Source of the DNA: Gemmatimonadota bacterium
Lineage (GTDB): Bacteria > Gemmatimonadota > Gemmatimonadetes > JACCXV01 > JAHWKZ01
Assembly (NCBI GenBank): GCA_035524965.1
Contig: DATLFH010000018.1
Coordinates: 129,010-193,009, forward strand
Reading direction: 5' to 3'
DNA: 64,000 nucleotides
Part shown: piece after piece, positions 18,280 to 29,583 of the stretch
How the letters are laid out: every line of letters begins with the position of its first letter
Numbering within the stretch: position 1 is the stretch's first letter
Translations under genes and position numbers: made by a program
The notes under the pieces: generated by a model
Seen by the model: the letters and a program-made list of their open reading frames with translations, nothing else
Databases searched by the model: none
Told to the model about the DNA's origin: nothing

Positions 18280-20586
18280 ATGGCGCTCTCCACGAATCTC
18301 GGCTTCCCGCGCATCGGTTCGAAGCGCGAACTGAAGAAGGCGACCGAGACGTACTGGGCAGGACGCCTGGCGCCCGAGGCGCTGGCGGACACGGCCGCCC
18401 GTCTGCGCGCCGAGCACTGGCGGATCCAGCAGGCGGCGGGCATCGATCATATCCCCTCCAACGACTTCTCCCTCTACGACCACGTCCTCGATACGGCGGC
18501 TCTCCTGGGGGCGGTGCCCGAACGCTACGGCTGGAGCGGGGAGGAGGTCGACCTGGACACGTACTTCGCGATGGCGCGCGGGGCGCAGCGCGCCGGGCTC
18601 GATGTCGGTGCGATGGAGATGACGAAGTGGTTCGACACGAACTACCACTACATCGTTCCCGAGCTCATGCCGGACCAGACGTTCCGGCTCGCATCGACGA
18701 AACCTTTCGACGAATTCTCGGAGGCGCTTGCGCTCGGCGTTAGGACGCGGCCCGTCCTGCTGGGTCCGGTCAGCTTCCTGCTCCTTTCAAAACCGCGAGG
18801 CGCGTCGTTCGATCCACTGGCTGCCCACCTCGACCGGGTGACGGCGGTGTACGCCGAGGCGCTCCGGACGCTCTCCGAGCTCGGGGCGGAGTGGATCCAG
18901 CTCGACGAGCCGGCTTTCGTGCTGGATCGAACTGCGGATGAGATCGCGTCGCTCGACGGCGCCTACGGGTCACTCGCGTCCGAAGCCGGCGGAACGCGGC
19001 TCCTCGTCCAGACCTATTTCGGTCACGTCGGAGAGGCCTACGAGACGCTGGTCGGCCTTCCGGTGGCGGCGATCGGCCTCGACTTCGTGCGCGGACGCGA
19101 GAACCTCGATCTCGTCCGGCGGCACGGCTTCCCGCTGGACAAAACTCTCGGTGCGGGCGTCGTCGACGGCAGAAATGTCTGGATCAATGATCTCGATGCT
19201 TCCTTCGAGCTCCTGGGAGAGCTGCGGGAGATCACCGGCCCCGACCGGCTCTTCGTAGCGCCTTCCTGCTCGCTCCTCCATGTCCCGATCGAAGCGGCGC
19301 GCGAGACCGGGCTCGATGACGAGCTGAAGAGCTGGCTCGCGTTCGCGTTCGAGAAGCTGGGCGAAGTGAGGCTCCTGGCACGCGCCATGAGCGAGGGGCG
19401 GGACGTGATCGAGGCGGAGCTGGCGGCGAACCGGACGGTCATCGAAGGGCGGCGAACCTCCACGCGTGTCCGGAATGCGGCGGTCCGCCGGCGGCTGGCG
19501 TCGGTCGAGCCGGCCCGGGCGGCCCGCGCGGCGCCTTTCACAGAGCGCCGCGACATTCAGCAAGGACGCCTGGGGCTGCCCGCGCTGCCGACCACGCTGA
19601 TCGGATCCTTCCCGCAGCACTCCGCGGTCCGTGCCCGCCGGCGCGAGTATGCGCAGGGGAAGATCACGCGGGAAGAGTACGAGCAGTATCTCGAGACGGA
19701 GATCCGCGCTGCGGTCGAGCTCCAGGAGGAGATCGGGATCGACGTCATCGTGCACGGCGAGTTCGAGCGCAACGACATGGTAGAGTACTTCGGCGAGCGG
19801 ATGGAAGGCTACGCCTTCACCGCCCACGGATGGGTCCAGTCGTACGGATCGCGTTACGTCAAGCCCCCGCTCCTCTTCGGAGACGTCCGGCGGCGGGAGC
19901 CGATCACCGTCCGCTGGTGGGAAACCGGGCAGGCGTGCACCGAACGGCCGGTCAAGGGGATGCTGACGGGTCCCGTCACGATGCTGCAGTGGTCGTTTGT
20001 CCGCGACGACCAGCCCCGGTCGGACACGTGCCTCCAGCTCGCCCTGGCGATCGGCGATGAGGTGCTGGACCTCGAAGCGGCGGGCGCGAAGGTGATCCAG
20101 GTCGACGAGCCGGCGCTCCGGGAGGGACTGCCGCTTCGTCGCGAAGCGTGGGAGGAATATCTGGACTGGTCGGTGGCGGCTTTCCGGATGGCGACTTCGG
20201 GGGTCCGTCCCGAGACCCAGATCCAAACGCACATGTGCTACTCCGAATTCAACGACATCATCGAGCACATCGCGCGGATGGATGCCGACGTCCTCCTGAT
20301 CGAGAACGCCCGTTCGGACCAGGAGCTCCTGGGCGTGTTCCGCGAGTTCGCGTACGACCATGACATCGGGCCCGGCGTCTACGACATCCACTCGCCCCGC
20401 GTGCCGTCAGTCGGGGAGATGGCGGAACGGATCCGGGCCTCGCTGACCGTGCTCCCGATCGAGCGGCTGTGGGTGAATCCCGATTGCGGGCTGAAGACGC
20501 GCCGCTACGAGGAGGTCCTGCCGGCGCTCCGGAACATGGTCGCGGCAGCGGGAGCGGTCCGGCACGACGTCGAGGCGAGGGTATGA
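18280..20586 (+). CDS. metE: Cobalamin-independent methionine synthase
   Basis: The 768-aa product starts MALSTNLGFPRIGSKRELKKATE.. and has duplicated UROD-like halves with zinc ligands (H..C..E..C). Confidence 0.95.
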   Translation: MALSTNLGFPRIGSKRELKKATETYWAGRLAPEALADTAARLRAEHWRIQQAAGIDHIPSNDFSLYDHVLDTAALLGAVPERYGWSGEEVDLDTYFAMARGAQRAGLDVGAMEMTKWFDTNYHYIVPELMPDQTFRLASTKPFDEFSEALALGVRTRPVLLGPVSFLLLSKPRGASFDPLAAHLDRVTAVYAEALRTLSELGAEWIQLDEPAFVLDRTADEIASLDGAYGSLASEAGGTRLLVQTYFGHVGEAYETLVGLPVAAIGLDFVRGRENLDLVRRHGFPLDKTLGAGVVDGRNVWINDLDASFELLGELREITGPDRLFVAPSCSLLHVPIEAARETGLDDELKSWLAFAFEKLGEVRLLARAMSEGRDVIEAELAANRTVIEGRRTSTRVRNAAVRRRLASVEPARAARAAPFTERRDIQQGRLGLPALPTTLIGSFPQHSAVRARRREYAQGKITREEYEQYLETEIRAAVELQEEIGIDVIVHGEFERNDMVEYFGERMEGYAFTAHGWVQSYGSRYVKPPLLFGDVRRREPITVRWWETGQACTERPVKGMLTGPVTMLQWSFVRDDQPRSDTCLQLALAIGDEVLDLEAAGAKVIQVDEPALREGLPLRREAWEEYLDWSVAAFRMATSGVRPETQIQTHMCYSEFNDIIEHIARMDADVLLIENARSDQELLGVFREFAYDHDIGPGVYDIHSPRVPSVGEMAERIRASLTVLPIERLWVNPDCGLKTRRYEEVLPALRNMVAAAGAVRHDVEARV

Positions 20587-21122
20587 GGCGCGCGGCAGCC
20601 GGCCTCGTCGTCGGGCGCTTCGCCCTGACCTTCCGCCGCTTCGCCCTGACTTTGGGGGGCTATGCCCTGACGGCCGCTTCTTGCGGCGGCGAGCCGACCC
20701 CCGCTCCGGATCCCGGCGTGGACGCCTCCGAGACGCTCCCCATCTCGGTGCCCGCGCCCGAAGTCGAGAACGGGTTCCTGATCGTCTCCCCGGAGCGCGT
20801 TCGGGAGTGGCAGACCGGAAGCGATCCGTTCGTGCTGATCGACGCCCGGGACCCGGTGCAGTTTTCCCGCGAGCACCTGCCCGACGCGATCAACGTTCCA
20901 TACGTCGACATCCGTCCCGGCGCCCGGCTCCCGGATCGGGACGACCGGATCGTCGTCTACTGCTCCGACGCGGAGTGCCCGATCTCGCAGTACGCCTACG
21001 AGGCGCTCACGCGGCTCGGCTACACCGAGGTGTACGACATGCGGGAGGGACTGCAGGGCTGGAAGGACGAGGGCTACCCCACCGTGATCGAAGACGACGC
21101 CACCGACGAATCCGCGCCGTGA
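20583..21122 (+). CDS. Rhodanese-domain lipoprotein/sulfurtransferase
   Basis: The ATG overlaps the metE stop. A signal/lipobox is present (LTAASCGG), and the rhodanese fold has active-site Cys (VVYCSDAECP). Confidence 0.7.
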   Translation: MRRAAAGLVVGRFALTFRRFALTLGGYALTAASCGGEPTPAPDPGVDASETLPISVPAPEVENGFLIVSPERVREWQTGSDPFVLIDARDPVQFSREHLPDAINVPYVDIRPGARLPDRDDRIVVYCSDAECPISQYAYEALTRLGYTEVYDMREGLQGWKDEGYPTVIEDDATDESAP

Positions 21123-22444
21123 GATACTACATCGAGACTTACGGCTGCCAGATGAACGTCGCCGACTCCGAGCTCATGGGCGGCGTCCTGGCCCGCGAGG
21201 GGCACCGACGGGTCGAGGACGCGACGGACGCCGACGTCCTGATCGTCAACACATGCGCGATCCGCGAGCACGCCGAGCAGCGGGTGATCGGCCGGATCGG
21301 CCAGCTGAATCGCCACAAGCTCGAGCGTCCGGGTGTCGTCCTGGGAGTCGCCGGCTGCGTGGCAAAGGAGCTGGGCCGAGACCTGCTCGGGCGCGCGCAG
21401 CACGTCGACTTCGTCGTCGGCCCCGACTCCTACCGCCACCTGCCGGAGATCCTCGGCCGGGTCGGAGGCGGCGAGCGGGTCGTCTACGATCGCTTCAACC
21501 GCAGCGAGAATTACGAGGATCTGGCACCCTACCGGATCGACAAGTTCGCGGCCTGGATCACGATCATGCGCGGGTGCGACAAATTTTGCTCGTACTGCAT
21601 CGTCCCGTTCACCCGCGGTCGGGAGAAGTGCCGGCCCGTAACCAACATCCTGGAGGAGATCCGAGGGGCCGTCGCCGGAGGAGCGCACGAGATCACCCTT
21701 CTCGGCCAGAACGTCAACTCCTATCGGGACGGCGCACGCGACTTCGCGGACCTGCTCGTCGCCGTCGCCGCGGTGCCGGGTCTGGCGCGGATCCGTTTCA
21801 CGACCAGCCATCCGTGGGACTTCACCCGCAAGCTCGTGGATACGATCGCCTCCCACACCAACATCATGAACCATGTCCACCTGCCGGTGCAGTCCGGCTC
21901 GGACCGGATCCTGACGGCGATGAAGCGCGAGTACACCATCGCGCGGTATCGCGAGCAGATCGAGATGCTGAGAAAGGCGATCCCCGAGTGCGCGCTTTCG
22001 ACCGATATCATCGTGGGATTTCCGGGCGAGACCGATGTCGACTTCCAGGCGACCTACGAGCTGATGGCCGATTTGCGCTACAACTCGGCCTACGTCTTCA
22101 TCTACTCGCCGCGCCCGCACACCCCGGCCGAGAGGATGACCGACGGCCTCGTCCCGCGCGGGATCGCCCGTGAACGGCTGGAGGCGCTGAACGAGCTTCA
22201 GCGCGGGATCGGTGCGGCCTACCTGCTCGAGAAGATCGGCACGATCCAGCCGGTCCTGGTGCAGGGGCCGGCGCGGCGCGGGGCCGGGCTCCTGTCGGGG
22301 TGGACCGAGCACCGGGAGACGGTGGTATTCCCCGGGGGGGAAGACCGGGTCGGCCGAATTCTGCCGGTTCGGATCCAGGGTCTCTCGGGGATCACCCTAC
22401 ACGGCGAGGTCCGCGCGGAACAACACCAAGAACCACGCCGATGA
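21119..22444 (+). CDS. miaB: tRNA-i6A37 methylthiotransferase
   Basis: A GTG overlaps the upstream stop. It has the radical-SAM CxxxCxxC motif (CDKFCSYC) plus an N-terminal UPF0004 cluster (YGCQMN..NTC) and a TRAM domain. Confidence 0.9.
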   Translation: MRYYIETYGCQMNVADSELMGGVLAREGHRRVEDATDADVLIVNTCAIREHAEQRVIGRIGQLNRHKLERPGVVLGVAGCVAKELGRDLLGRAQHVDFVVGPDSYRHLPEILGRVGGGERVVYDRFNRSENYEDLAPYRIDKFAAWITIMRGCDKFCSYCIVPFTRGREKCRPVTNILEEIRGAVAGGAHEITLLGQNVNSYRDGARDFADLLVAVAAVPGLARIRFTTSHPWDFTRKLVDTIASHTNIMNHVHLPVQSGSDRILTAMKREYTIARYREQIEMLRKAIPECALSTDIIVGFPGETDVDFQATYELMADLRYNSAYVFIYSPRPHTPAERMTDGLVPRGIARERLEALNELQRGIGAAYLLEKIGTIQPVLVQGPARRGAGLLSGWTEHRETVVFPGGEDRVGRILPVRIQGLSGITLHGEVRAEQHQEPRR

Positions 22445-22764
22445 GCGGCACGCGTCTGGCGATCGCCGGCGGCGCCCTCGCCTTCGTCCTCCTCTTCCTG
22501 TTCGCGCTCTACAACCGCGGCCAGAGCCTGGCGCTCGACTTCGGACTCTGGCAGTGGCGCGGCGAGGCGATCACCGCGCTCTATGCGGGCATCTGCGCCG
22601 GTCTCCTGTCGATGTTTCTGTTCGGGCTGCCGGCCGACCTCGCCGCTCGCGGCGAACGGGAGCGGCTGGCGCGGCGCGTGCGCCAGCTCGAGCGCGAACG
22701 GGAATCCGATCTCAGGCGGGAGCCGGACCTGCCGCGGGAAGCCGAGTTCCGGTCGGAGTCTTAG
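22441..22764 (+). CDS. Small inner-membrane protein (LapA/DUF1049-like)
   Basis: The ATG overlaps the miaB stop. Two TM helices are followed by a charged coiled tail. Confidence 0.5.
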   Translation: MSGTRLAIAGGALAFVLLFLFALYNRGQSLALDFGLWQWRGEAITALYAGICAGLLSMFLFGLPADLAARGERERLARRVRQLERERESDLRREPDLPREAEFRSES

Positions 22765-22768
22765 GGCC

Positions 22769-23731
22769 ATGCGATTCCTGGTGCTGTCCCGCCAGCGCCA
22801 TCTTTATTCGACCCGCCGCTTTCGCGAGGTCGCGCGACGGCGCGGCCACGGTCTCGGGATCCTCGACCCGCTGGCCTGCACGCTCGCGATCGGTGGATCC
22901 GTGCATCCCTTCGTGGACTCGCCCGCGCGACTCTTCGACGATAGCCGCGAGGTCCACCGCGCCGATTGCGTGATCCCCCGGATCGGCGCCGCTCTCGGGG
23001 GTCACTCACTGGCCGTCGTCAGCCATTTCGAGGTGATGGGAGTTCCGGTCCTGAACGACTCCCGGGCGATCGGTCGTGCGCGCGACAAGCTCGTGGCCCT
23101 GCAGCTCCTGGCGCGCGCGGGGATCGACGTGCCCGCGACGGTGATGATCGGGAATCGGGGGAGCCTCGAGCGCGTGCTTGAGATCGTCGGCGGTCCGCCG
23201 GTCGTCCTCAAGCTCCTTCAGGGCACCCAGGGGGTGGGTGTCATCCTGGCCGAGAGCCGCGCCGCCATCGCGGCGACGCTGGATACGCTGTGGGGGCTCG
23301 GCCAGCACGTCCTGATCCAGGAGTTCGTCGCCGAGTCGCGCGGTTGCGACGTCCGGGCGCTCGTGATTGGGGGACAGGTAGTGGCCGCGATGCGCCGTGT
23401 CGCCGGAGACGGCGAGTGGCGGGCCAATCTGCACCGTGGCGGCTCCGCCGAGCGGATCCATCTGGAAGACGCCTATGCGCGGGTCGCGACCCATGCCGCG
23501 CGCGCCGTCGGTCTCGAGGTCGCGGGGGTCGATCTCCTGGAGAGCAGGCGGGGTCCCAAGGTCGTCGAGATCAACGCGTCGCCGGGCTTCGAAGGACTGG
23601 AGCGCGTGACGGGCATCGATGTCGCGGGCGCGATCCTCACCCGGGCCGAGAGCTTTGCCGGGCGGCAAGAAACGGGGTCTGAGGACACGGCTTCGAGCGA
23701 AGCGAGCCGCGGGCTCGGCCGGGTGGGGTGA
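22769..23731 (+). CDS. rimK: RimK-family alpha-L-glutamate ligase (ATP-grasp)
   Basis: [18 protein letters not shown]... and the ATP-grasp motifs resemble RimK. Confidence 0.85.
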   Translation: MRFLVLSRQRHLYSTRRFREVARRRGHGLGILDPLACTLAIGGSVHPFVDSPARLFDDSREVHRADCVIPRIGAALGGHSLAVVSHFEVMGVPVLNDSRAIGRARDKLVALQLLARAGIDVPATVMIGNRGSLERVLEIVGGPPVVLKLLQGTQGVGVILAESRAAIAATLDTLWGLGQHVLIQEFVAESRGCDVRALVIGGQVVAAMRRVAGDGEWRANLHRGGSAERIHLEDAYARVATHAARAVGLEVAGVDLLESRRGPKVVEINASPGFEGLERVTGIDVAGAILTRAESFAGRQETGSEDTASSEASRGLGRVG

Positions 23732-25932
23732 GCAGGATCGTCCCCGCCCTGCGGACGCCGATCGTGGCCTTCGCTCTGCTCATGGTTTCCGCCATCGGAA
23801 CCGCCGCCGCCCAGGAGTCCGGCGCGAACAGCTTCGCCGCCGGCGAGGCTGCGCTGGCCGCCGGCGATGCCTGGAACGCCCGCGGACTCTTCGAGCGCGC
23901 GGTGCGTGAGGGGTATCCGCCGGGTCCCGGCTACCGGGCGGTCGCCCGCGCCTATCTCGCTCTCGACAACCGCCTCTTCTACGCGCGCGAGGCGCTCGAG
24001 CGCTCGCTGGCGGCCGACCCCGACAACATCGCCGCGTGGTATCAGCTCGCCGAAATCAACCTCCGCCTCGAAGGGGGCGACGCCGACCCGCGCGCCCGGG
24101 CCGCCCTCCACGAGGTGCTTCGCCGCGACCCGTTCTCCGCCGACGCCTACGAGCAGTGGAGCCGGTTGTACCTCATCGCAGCGGACGCCAGGGCCGTGGC
24201 CGCGATCTTCGCGGAGCATCTGGCGCGATCGGACGACCCCGTGCTCGCCCTGCGCCGGATCGACGTGCTGGTCGACGCCGGCGACCACGACGCCGCCTGG
24301 CAAGCCATCGACGCGTTCCGCCGGCGGTTCAAGGAGGAGCGGCACCTGTCGCGCCTCTCGTACTACGCGGGGGTGACGCTGGCCGCCCGCGGCGCGGTCG
24401 AGGACGGCACGCATTACTACTTCAACGGGCTCGCGTTCGCGCGCACCGATGACGATCTCGAGCTTTTCTATCGCGACGTGGCGCCGCTTCTCTCCGACGC
24501 CGATCGACAGGCGTGGCAGGGCTGGCCGGTTGATCGCCGACGCCGATTCCTTCTGGGGTGGTGGAACGCCCGTGATCCGCTCCCGCTGAGCGGCGTCAAC
24601 GAGAGGTGGGTCGAGCAGCAGGAGCGGATCCGGAGAGCGCGACTGGAGTTCCAGTGGAAGAGGCCGATCACGAAGGAAAAGCTGGTGGCGCTGGGCGGCC
24701 GGGACAGCGGTCTGCCCGCGATCGAGATCCGCCTGGACGGCCGCGCTCTCGACGATCGCGGCGCGTTCTACCTGCGGCACGGAGAGCCGGAGGAACGGGA
24801 CCGGGGTGACGGCGACGCCTGCGGGTTCTGGTACTATGCCCGGCCGGGGTTGACGGGGAGCGGGGAGCTGGGGGTCAGCTTCTCTTCGGGGGCGGAGTCG
24901 ATGCTGGGGGCTCGGGGCCAGTTCCTCGGCAACGACTGCAACTTCACGACCGTACCCCGTACCCCACGGGCGCGGGAGCACTTCGCGCCCGGCGTGGGCG
25001 CGGTGGCCGGGACGGACCTCGCCCGCGCCCAGCAGGAGGCCCTCGACGACTTCGAAGTCGGCCTCTCCACCGACACTTACGAGCACGCGGTCGAGCACCC
25101 GATCCCGCTTGAGGTCGACCCGGCCAACTTCTCCTACTTCCGCGACGGGACCGACGTCGCAGTCTACTTCGCGATCCCGCTGCCCGAAATCGCGATCCAG
25201 TCGGACCGCTCGCGTTATCGCAAAGGCCTCGTGCTCTACGACGCCGGTTGGAACGAGGTCGCCCGCAGGAGCGAGGAAATGGCGGCCGTGATTACACGCG
25301 TGCCCAGCGCCGCCGGCGACGAGCAATGGTACCTCGTCGACCTGTTCCGAGTTCGGATCACGCCCGGCTCGTACCACTTCGCCCTCCAGGTCGACGACCT
25401 GCAGGGGAACGGGGTGGGCGTGCGCAAGGGCGATCTCAGGGTGCGTCGGTTCTCGCCGACCGGCCTGGCGCTCTCCGACCCGGTGCTCTCGGCGGGCGTG
25501 ATCGAGGGCGGCGCCGGGCCGCGCTTCGAGCGCTACGGCCGGACGATCCTCCCGCTCCCCTCGCGGCGGTTCCTGCGCGACCAGCCGCTCTACCTCTACT
25601 TTGAAGCGTACAACCTGCAGTCGGGGGCTGCCGACGAGCTCCGCTTCCGGGTCGACTATACGGTCGCGGCCGAGGAGCTGGACCGGAACGCGGTCGAGCG
25701 GTTCTTCGGCGAACTCAGGGGCCTCGTCGGAATCCGCGAGGAGCCGGACCGGATCACGCTGTCGTTCGAGCGGTCGGTGCCGCGCCCCTCCGGCCGGGTC
25801 TGGCCCGAGTACCTGTCGTTCGACACGAGCGCCCTCCCGCCGGGTGTGTACACGCTCGAGATCACAGTCACCGACGAGAACTTCTTCGACCGCCAGGCCC
25901 GCCACGTGGAGACGTTCACGATCGTCGACTGA
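23728..25932 (+). CDS. Secreted TPR + GWxTD-like domain protein
   Basis: A GTG overlaps the rimK stop. It has a signal peptide, N-terminal TPRs, and a central [10 protein letters not shown] motif reminiscent of the GWxTD domain family. Confidence 0.55.
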   Translation: MSRIVPALRTPIVAFALLMVSAIGTAAAQESGANSFAAGEAALAAGDAWNARGLFERAVREGYPPGPGYRAVARAYLALDNRLFYAREALERSLAADPDNIAAWYQLAEINLRLEGGDADPRARAALHEVLRRDPFSADAYEQWSRLYLIAADARAVAAIFAEHLARSDDPVLALRRIDVLVDAGDHDAAWQAIDAFRRRFKEERHLSRLSYYAGVTLAARGAVEDGTHYYFNGLAFARTDDDLELFYRDVAPLLSDADRQAWQGWPVDRRRRFLLGWWNARDPLPLSGVNERWVEQQERIRRARLEFQWKRPITKEKLVALGGRDSGLPAIEIRLDGRALDDRGAFYLRHGEPEERDRGDGDACGFWYYARPGLTGSGELGVSFSSGAESMLGARGQFLGNDCNFTTVPRTPRAREHFAPGVGAVAGTDLARAQQEALDDFEVGLSTDTYEHAVEHPIPLEVDPANFSYFRDGTDVAVYFAIPLPEIAIQSDRSRYRKGLVLYDAGWNEVARRSEEMAAVITRVPSAAGDEQWYLVDLFRVRITPGSYHFALQVDDLQGNGVGVRKGDLRVRRFSPTGLALSDPVLSAGVIEGGAGPRFERYGRTILPLPSRRFLRDQPLYLYFEAYNLQSGAADELRFRVDYTVAAEELDRNAVERFFGELRGLVGIREEPDRITLSFERSVPRPSGRVWPEYLSFDTSALPPGVYTLEITVTDENFFDRQARHVETFTIVD

Positions 25933-25953
25933 CGGCTGCTGGCGGCTCGGCTC

Positions 25954-28539
25954 GTGCGGTGTCCCGCGGAGACCGGTCCGGCTCTTGCGGCCATGGGCGC
26001 GCCAGCATCCCGAGCCCCGACACCGGCGGCCCGCCGACGAACCCGCTCCGCTCCCCGCAGGAACCCGATTCCGGAAGCGCTCTCGCCTCCCGCGGCGCCG
26101 CGCCCCGACCCGCCTGGCGGGACCCCCGCCCGGCGCCCGGTCGCGACCCGGATCGCCCCCGCCGCGTTCGCCGCCGCTGTCCTGATCGGGACCGGCCTGG
26201 CTGCGGGCTGCCTCCGCCCGCTGGCGGGTGTGGCGGTGTTGATCACGGGAACGGCGGCGCTCTGGAAGTCCGGGCGGCCGCGCTTGTGGGCGGCCGCCTG
26301 CCTCCTCGCCGGCGTCCGCCTGGTGATGGCGGTGGAAGGGGCCGAGGGGGATGGTCGCGCATGGGCGCGGATCGCGGCCGGCGGCGGCGAGCCGGCGGTC
26401 CGCGCGCTCGTCCGCCTGACGGCCGTCCGCCCGCTGGAAGGCGGCCGCTGGAGCGTGCGCGGCCAGGCGCTGGAATGTCCGCGGCCCTGCGCCGGCGCCA
26501 CGCTGGCCTGGTCGTGGAGCGGCGGCCCGGCGCCGCGGGTCGACGAGCGGTGGCGAATCCGCGGCCGGCTCGCGGTCGAGCCCTTACGGGTTTCGCCCGG
26601 CAGCCGCTTCCCGCCCCCGGGGCTCGCGCCTCCATCCCGGCGGGCGCGGCTGCTGGACGCCCGGGTCGAGACCCGTCGGCCCCCGCCGGCGCCCATCCTG
26701 TCGACCGCCGAGCGCCACCTCCGGGAGCGGATCGAGGCGCGGTTCGGATCGGCGCTGGCCCCGCTCGCGATCGCGCTTCTCCTGGGCGACCGGCTCGCGC
26801 TGGGCCCCGCCCTGGTCGACGCCTTCACGACGACGGGCACCCTCCACATCCTGTCCGTATCCGGGCTTCACGTCGGGTTTCTGGCGGGACTCCTCGCCTT
26901 CGCCCTGCGCTTGACCGGAGCTTCCCCGGTGCGTCAGGCGGCGGCCGCGACCGCGCTGGTGGCGGTTTACGCCGCGCTGGTCGGCGGACGGCCGCCGGTC
27001 GTGCGCTCGGCGATCATGGCCGGCGTCGTCTTCTGGTCGCGGGCCGGCGAGCGCCGGGTCTCGGTCTGGCAGGCGTGGGGTTCGGCAGCGGTCGCGATCC
27101 TGGCCTGGCGTCCCCTCGATCTCTTCGATCTGGGGTTCCTGCTGTCGTTCGGCGCGCTGGCGGGACTCCTGGCCTTCTCCGAGTCGCTCGGCCGGCTGCT
27201 GGCCGGTGGCCCTGGTCAGACCCTGCGCGCCGGGCCGGCGGCCGGAGCGGGCACCGGGCCGGCGGAGCGCGCCGGAAGGCTCCTCGCCGTCCTCAGCGGG
27301 GGGCTGGTCGCCACGACCGCGGCGTCGGCGGGCACGCTACCCCTCCAGGCCGCGGCCTTCGGCTGGATCGCGCCGGCCGGATTCCTGGTGAACCCGATCG
27401 CGGTCCCCCTCGCCGCGGCCGGGCTCCCGCTGGCCTGGCTCGCGCTCGCGGCCGATGCCCTCGGGTTGGAGCTTCTCGCCGCGCCGCTCTCGACGGCCGC
27501 TGCGACCACGCTCGCGGCGCTCCAGGCGACCGTGGCGTTCGCGGCCGAGCGGGCTCCGGTCTGGGTGCCGGGACCGGCGGGGTGGGCGGCCGGCACCGCC
27601 GCGCTCCTGGTGGCCGGCGCCCGGCTCGCCCGCCGCCGGCCTGGAGCGGCCTTCCTGGCCGCGGGCGCCGCGCTCGCCCTGCTCCTGGCCGCGCGTCCGC
27701 CGGACCGGCCGGGCTGGGAGGTAGTGTGGCTCGATGTCGGCCAGGGCGACGCGATCGTCCTCCACTTCCCGGACGGCGGCACGTGGCTCGTCGACGCCGG
27801 TCCCGCCGATCCGTTCGGCGACACGGGGCGGCGGGTCGTCCTGCCGTACCTCAGGCGGCGGGCAGTGCGCGCTCTGGAATGGCTGATCACGACCCACCCC
27901 GATCTCGACCACGTGGGCGGAGCGGCGAGCGTGGTCCAGGGCATCCCCGTCCGGCGGTGGGGGAGCGGGGGCGCGGTCGCGGAGGTCGACGCCTACCTGG
28001 GCCTCCTGGCGGCACGGGGGCTCCGCGGCCCACCGCGGGCCGTGGTCCTTACCGCCGGGCGGCATCTCGATCAAGGCGGCGTTCGGGTCGATGTCCTCCA
28101 TCCCGGTCCGGGGTGGGTGGAGGCCGATCCGTACGCCGAGCGGCGCCCGGCCAACGAGGCTTCGGTCGTGCTCCTCCTGAGCTATGGCGCCTGCCGGCTC
28201 CTCCTGACCGGAGACCTGGGCGCGCCCGGGGAGACCGCGCTGGTCGCCACCCTCGGCGACTCACTCGAGGCCACGCTCCTCCACATGGGACACCACGGCA
28301 GCAACGGCTCCTCGACCGCCGCCTTCCTCGCCCGGGTGGAGCCGCGCGACGCGATCGTGTCGGTCGGCCGGCGCAACCTTTACGGCCATCCGCATCCCGA
28401 CGCCCTCGCACGGCTCGCGGCGGCCGGTGCCCGCGTCCACCGAACCGACCGGCTGGGGACGATCACGGCTCGCTGCCGGGCGGACGGGTGGCATGTGCGA
28501 TCGGCGGGTCCGTATCTTGAGGCGGCGCCGGAACTTTGA
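25954..28539 (+). CDS. comEC: DNA internalization competence protein ComEC/Rec2
   Basis: It has a multi-TM competence domain (LHILSVSGLHVGFLAG) plus a C-terminal metallo-beta-lactamase domain (HPDLDHVGG, HMGHHGS). The start could alternatively be the ATG at 25993. Confidence 0.85.
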   Translation: MRCPAETGPALAAMGAPASRAPTPAARRRTRSAPRRNPIPEALSPPAAPRPDPPGGTPARRPVATRIAPAAFAAAVLIGTGLAAGCLRPLAGVAVLITGTAALWKSGRPRLWAAACLLAGVRLVMAVEGAEGDGRAWARIAAGGGEPAVRALVRLTAVRPLEGGRWSVRGQALECPRPCAGATLAWSWSGGPAPRVDERWRIRGRLAVEPLRVSPGSRFPPPGLAPPSRRARLLDARVETRRPPPAPILSTAERHLRERIEARFGSALAPLAIALLLGDRLALGPALVDAFTTTGTLHILSVSGLHVGFLAGLLAFALRLTGASPVRQAAAATALVAVYAALVGGRPPVVRSAIMAGVVFWSRAGERRVSVWQAWGSAAVAILAWRPLDLFDLGFLLSFGALAGLLAFSESLGRLLAGGPGQTLRAGPAAGAGTGPAERAGRLLAVLSGGLVATTAASAGTLPLQAAAFGWIAPAGFLVNPIAVPLAAAGLPLAWLALAADALGLELLAAPLSTAAATTLAALQATVAFAAERAPVWVPGPAGWAAGTAALLVAGARLARRRPGAAFLAAGAALALLLAARPPDRPGWEVVWLDVGQGDAIVLHFPDGGTWLVDAGPADPFGDTGRRVVLPYLRRRAVRALEWLITTHPDLDHVGGAASVVQGIPVRRWGSGGAVAEVDAYLGLLAARGLRGPPRAVVLTAGRHLDQGGVRVDVLHPGPGWVEADPYAERRPANEASVVLLLSYGACRLLLTGDLGAPGETALVATLGDSLEATLLHMGHHGSNGSSTAAFLARVEPRDAIVSVGRRNLYGHPHPDALARLAAAGARVHRTDRLGTITARCRADGWHVRSAGPYLEAAPEL

Positions 28540-28563
28540 GCCTCGCGACCCGGTACTGGAGGC

Positions 28564-29583
28564 ATGATGCCGCACACCTCGGAGGAGTTCGCGACCGCCG
28601 CGACCCTGGCGGAGGACAACGCGCGGGTGGCGCGCGAGAACGCGTTCGCCGGCACCCTCCTCGGGGAAGTCTCGCACGCGATCGTCGGCCAGCGGGAGCT
28701 CCTCGAGGCCCTCCTGATCGGTCTGCTCTCCGACGGCCACGTGCTCCTCGAAGGGGTCCCCGGACTCGCCAAGACGCTCGCCGTGCGCTCGCTTGCCGCG
28801 GCCATCGACTGCGACTTCCAGCGCATCCAGTTCACGCCCGACCTCCTGCCGGCGGATCTGCTGGGGACGACGATCTACCATCCCCAGCGGGGTGAATTCG
28901 CCGTCCACAAGGGTCCCGTGTTCACGAACCTCCTGCTGGCCGACGAGATCAACCGCGCACCGGCCAAGGTCCAGTCGGCGCTGCTCGAGGCGATGCAGGA
29001 GAAGCAGGTGACGCTGGGCGAGACGACGTATCCGCTCGAGGAGCCGTTCCTCGTCCTCGCGACCCAGAACCCGATCGAGCACGAGGGCACCTATCCTCTC
29101 CCCGAGGCGCAGGTCGACCGCTTCATGCTCAAGGTCCTCGTCGACTATCCACCGCGATCCGACGAGCGGGACATCATCCGCCGGATGACGGCCACCGAGC
29201 CGCCCGCGATCCGCCCGGTCGTGAGTCCGGAGACGATCCTCGGCGCGCGCAAGGTCGTGACCGGCGTCTACGTGGACGCGAAGGTCCTCGAATACATCCT
29301 CGATCTGATCGAGGCGACACGACGCCCGGGCCAGTTCGGGCTGGATGATCTCGGCCCGTGGATCGCCTACGGCGCCTCGCCGCGGGCCGGCATCTTCCTG
29401 ACCCGGGCCGCCAAGGCGCACGCCTTCCTGCGCGGGCGGGCCTACGTCATCCCCGACGATGTGAAGGCGGTGGCCCGCAACGTCCTCCGCCACCGGCTCC
29501 TGCTGACCTACGAAGCCGAAGCCGAGGAGATCGATCCCGACTCGGTGCTGTCGCAGTTGCTGGAGCACCTCGACGTGCCATGA
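28564..29583 (+). CDS. moxR: MoxR-family AAA+ ATPase
   Basis: It has the Walker A-like GVPGLAKT and Walker B LLADEINR motifs, matching the MoxR signature. Confidence 0.9.
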   Translation: MMPHTSEEFATAATLAEDNARVARENAFAGTLLGEVSHAIVGQRELLEALLIGLLSDGHVLLEGVPGLAKTLAVRSLAAAIDCDFQRIQFTPDLLPADLLGTTIYHPQRGEFAVHKGPVFTNLLLADEINRAPAKVQSALLEAMQEKQVTLGETTYPLEEPFLVLATQNPIEHEGTYPLPEAQVDRFMLKVLVDYPPRSDERDIIRRMTATEPPAIRPVVSPETILGARKVVTGVYVDAKVLEYILDLIEATRRPGQFGLDDLGPWIAYGASPRAGIFLTRAAKAHAFLRGRAYVIPDDVKAVARNVLRHRLLLTYEAEAEEIDPDSVLSQLLEHLDVP

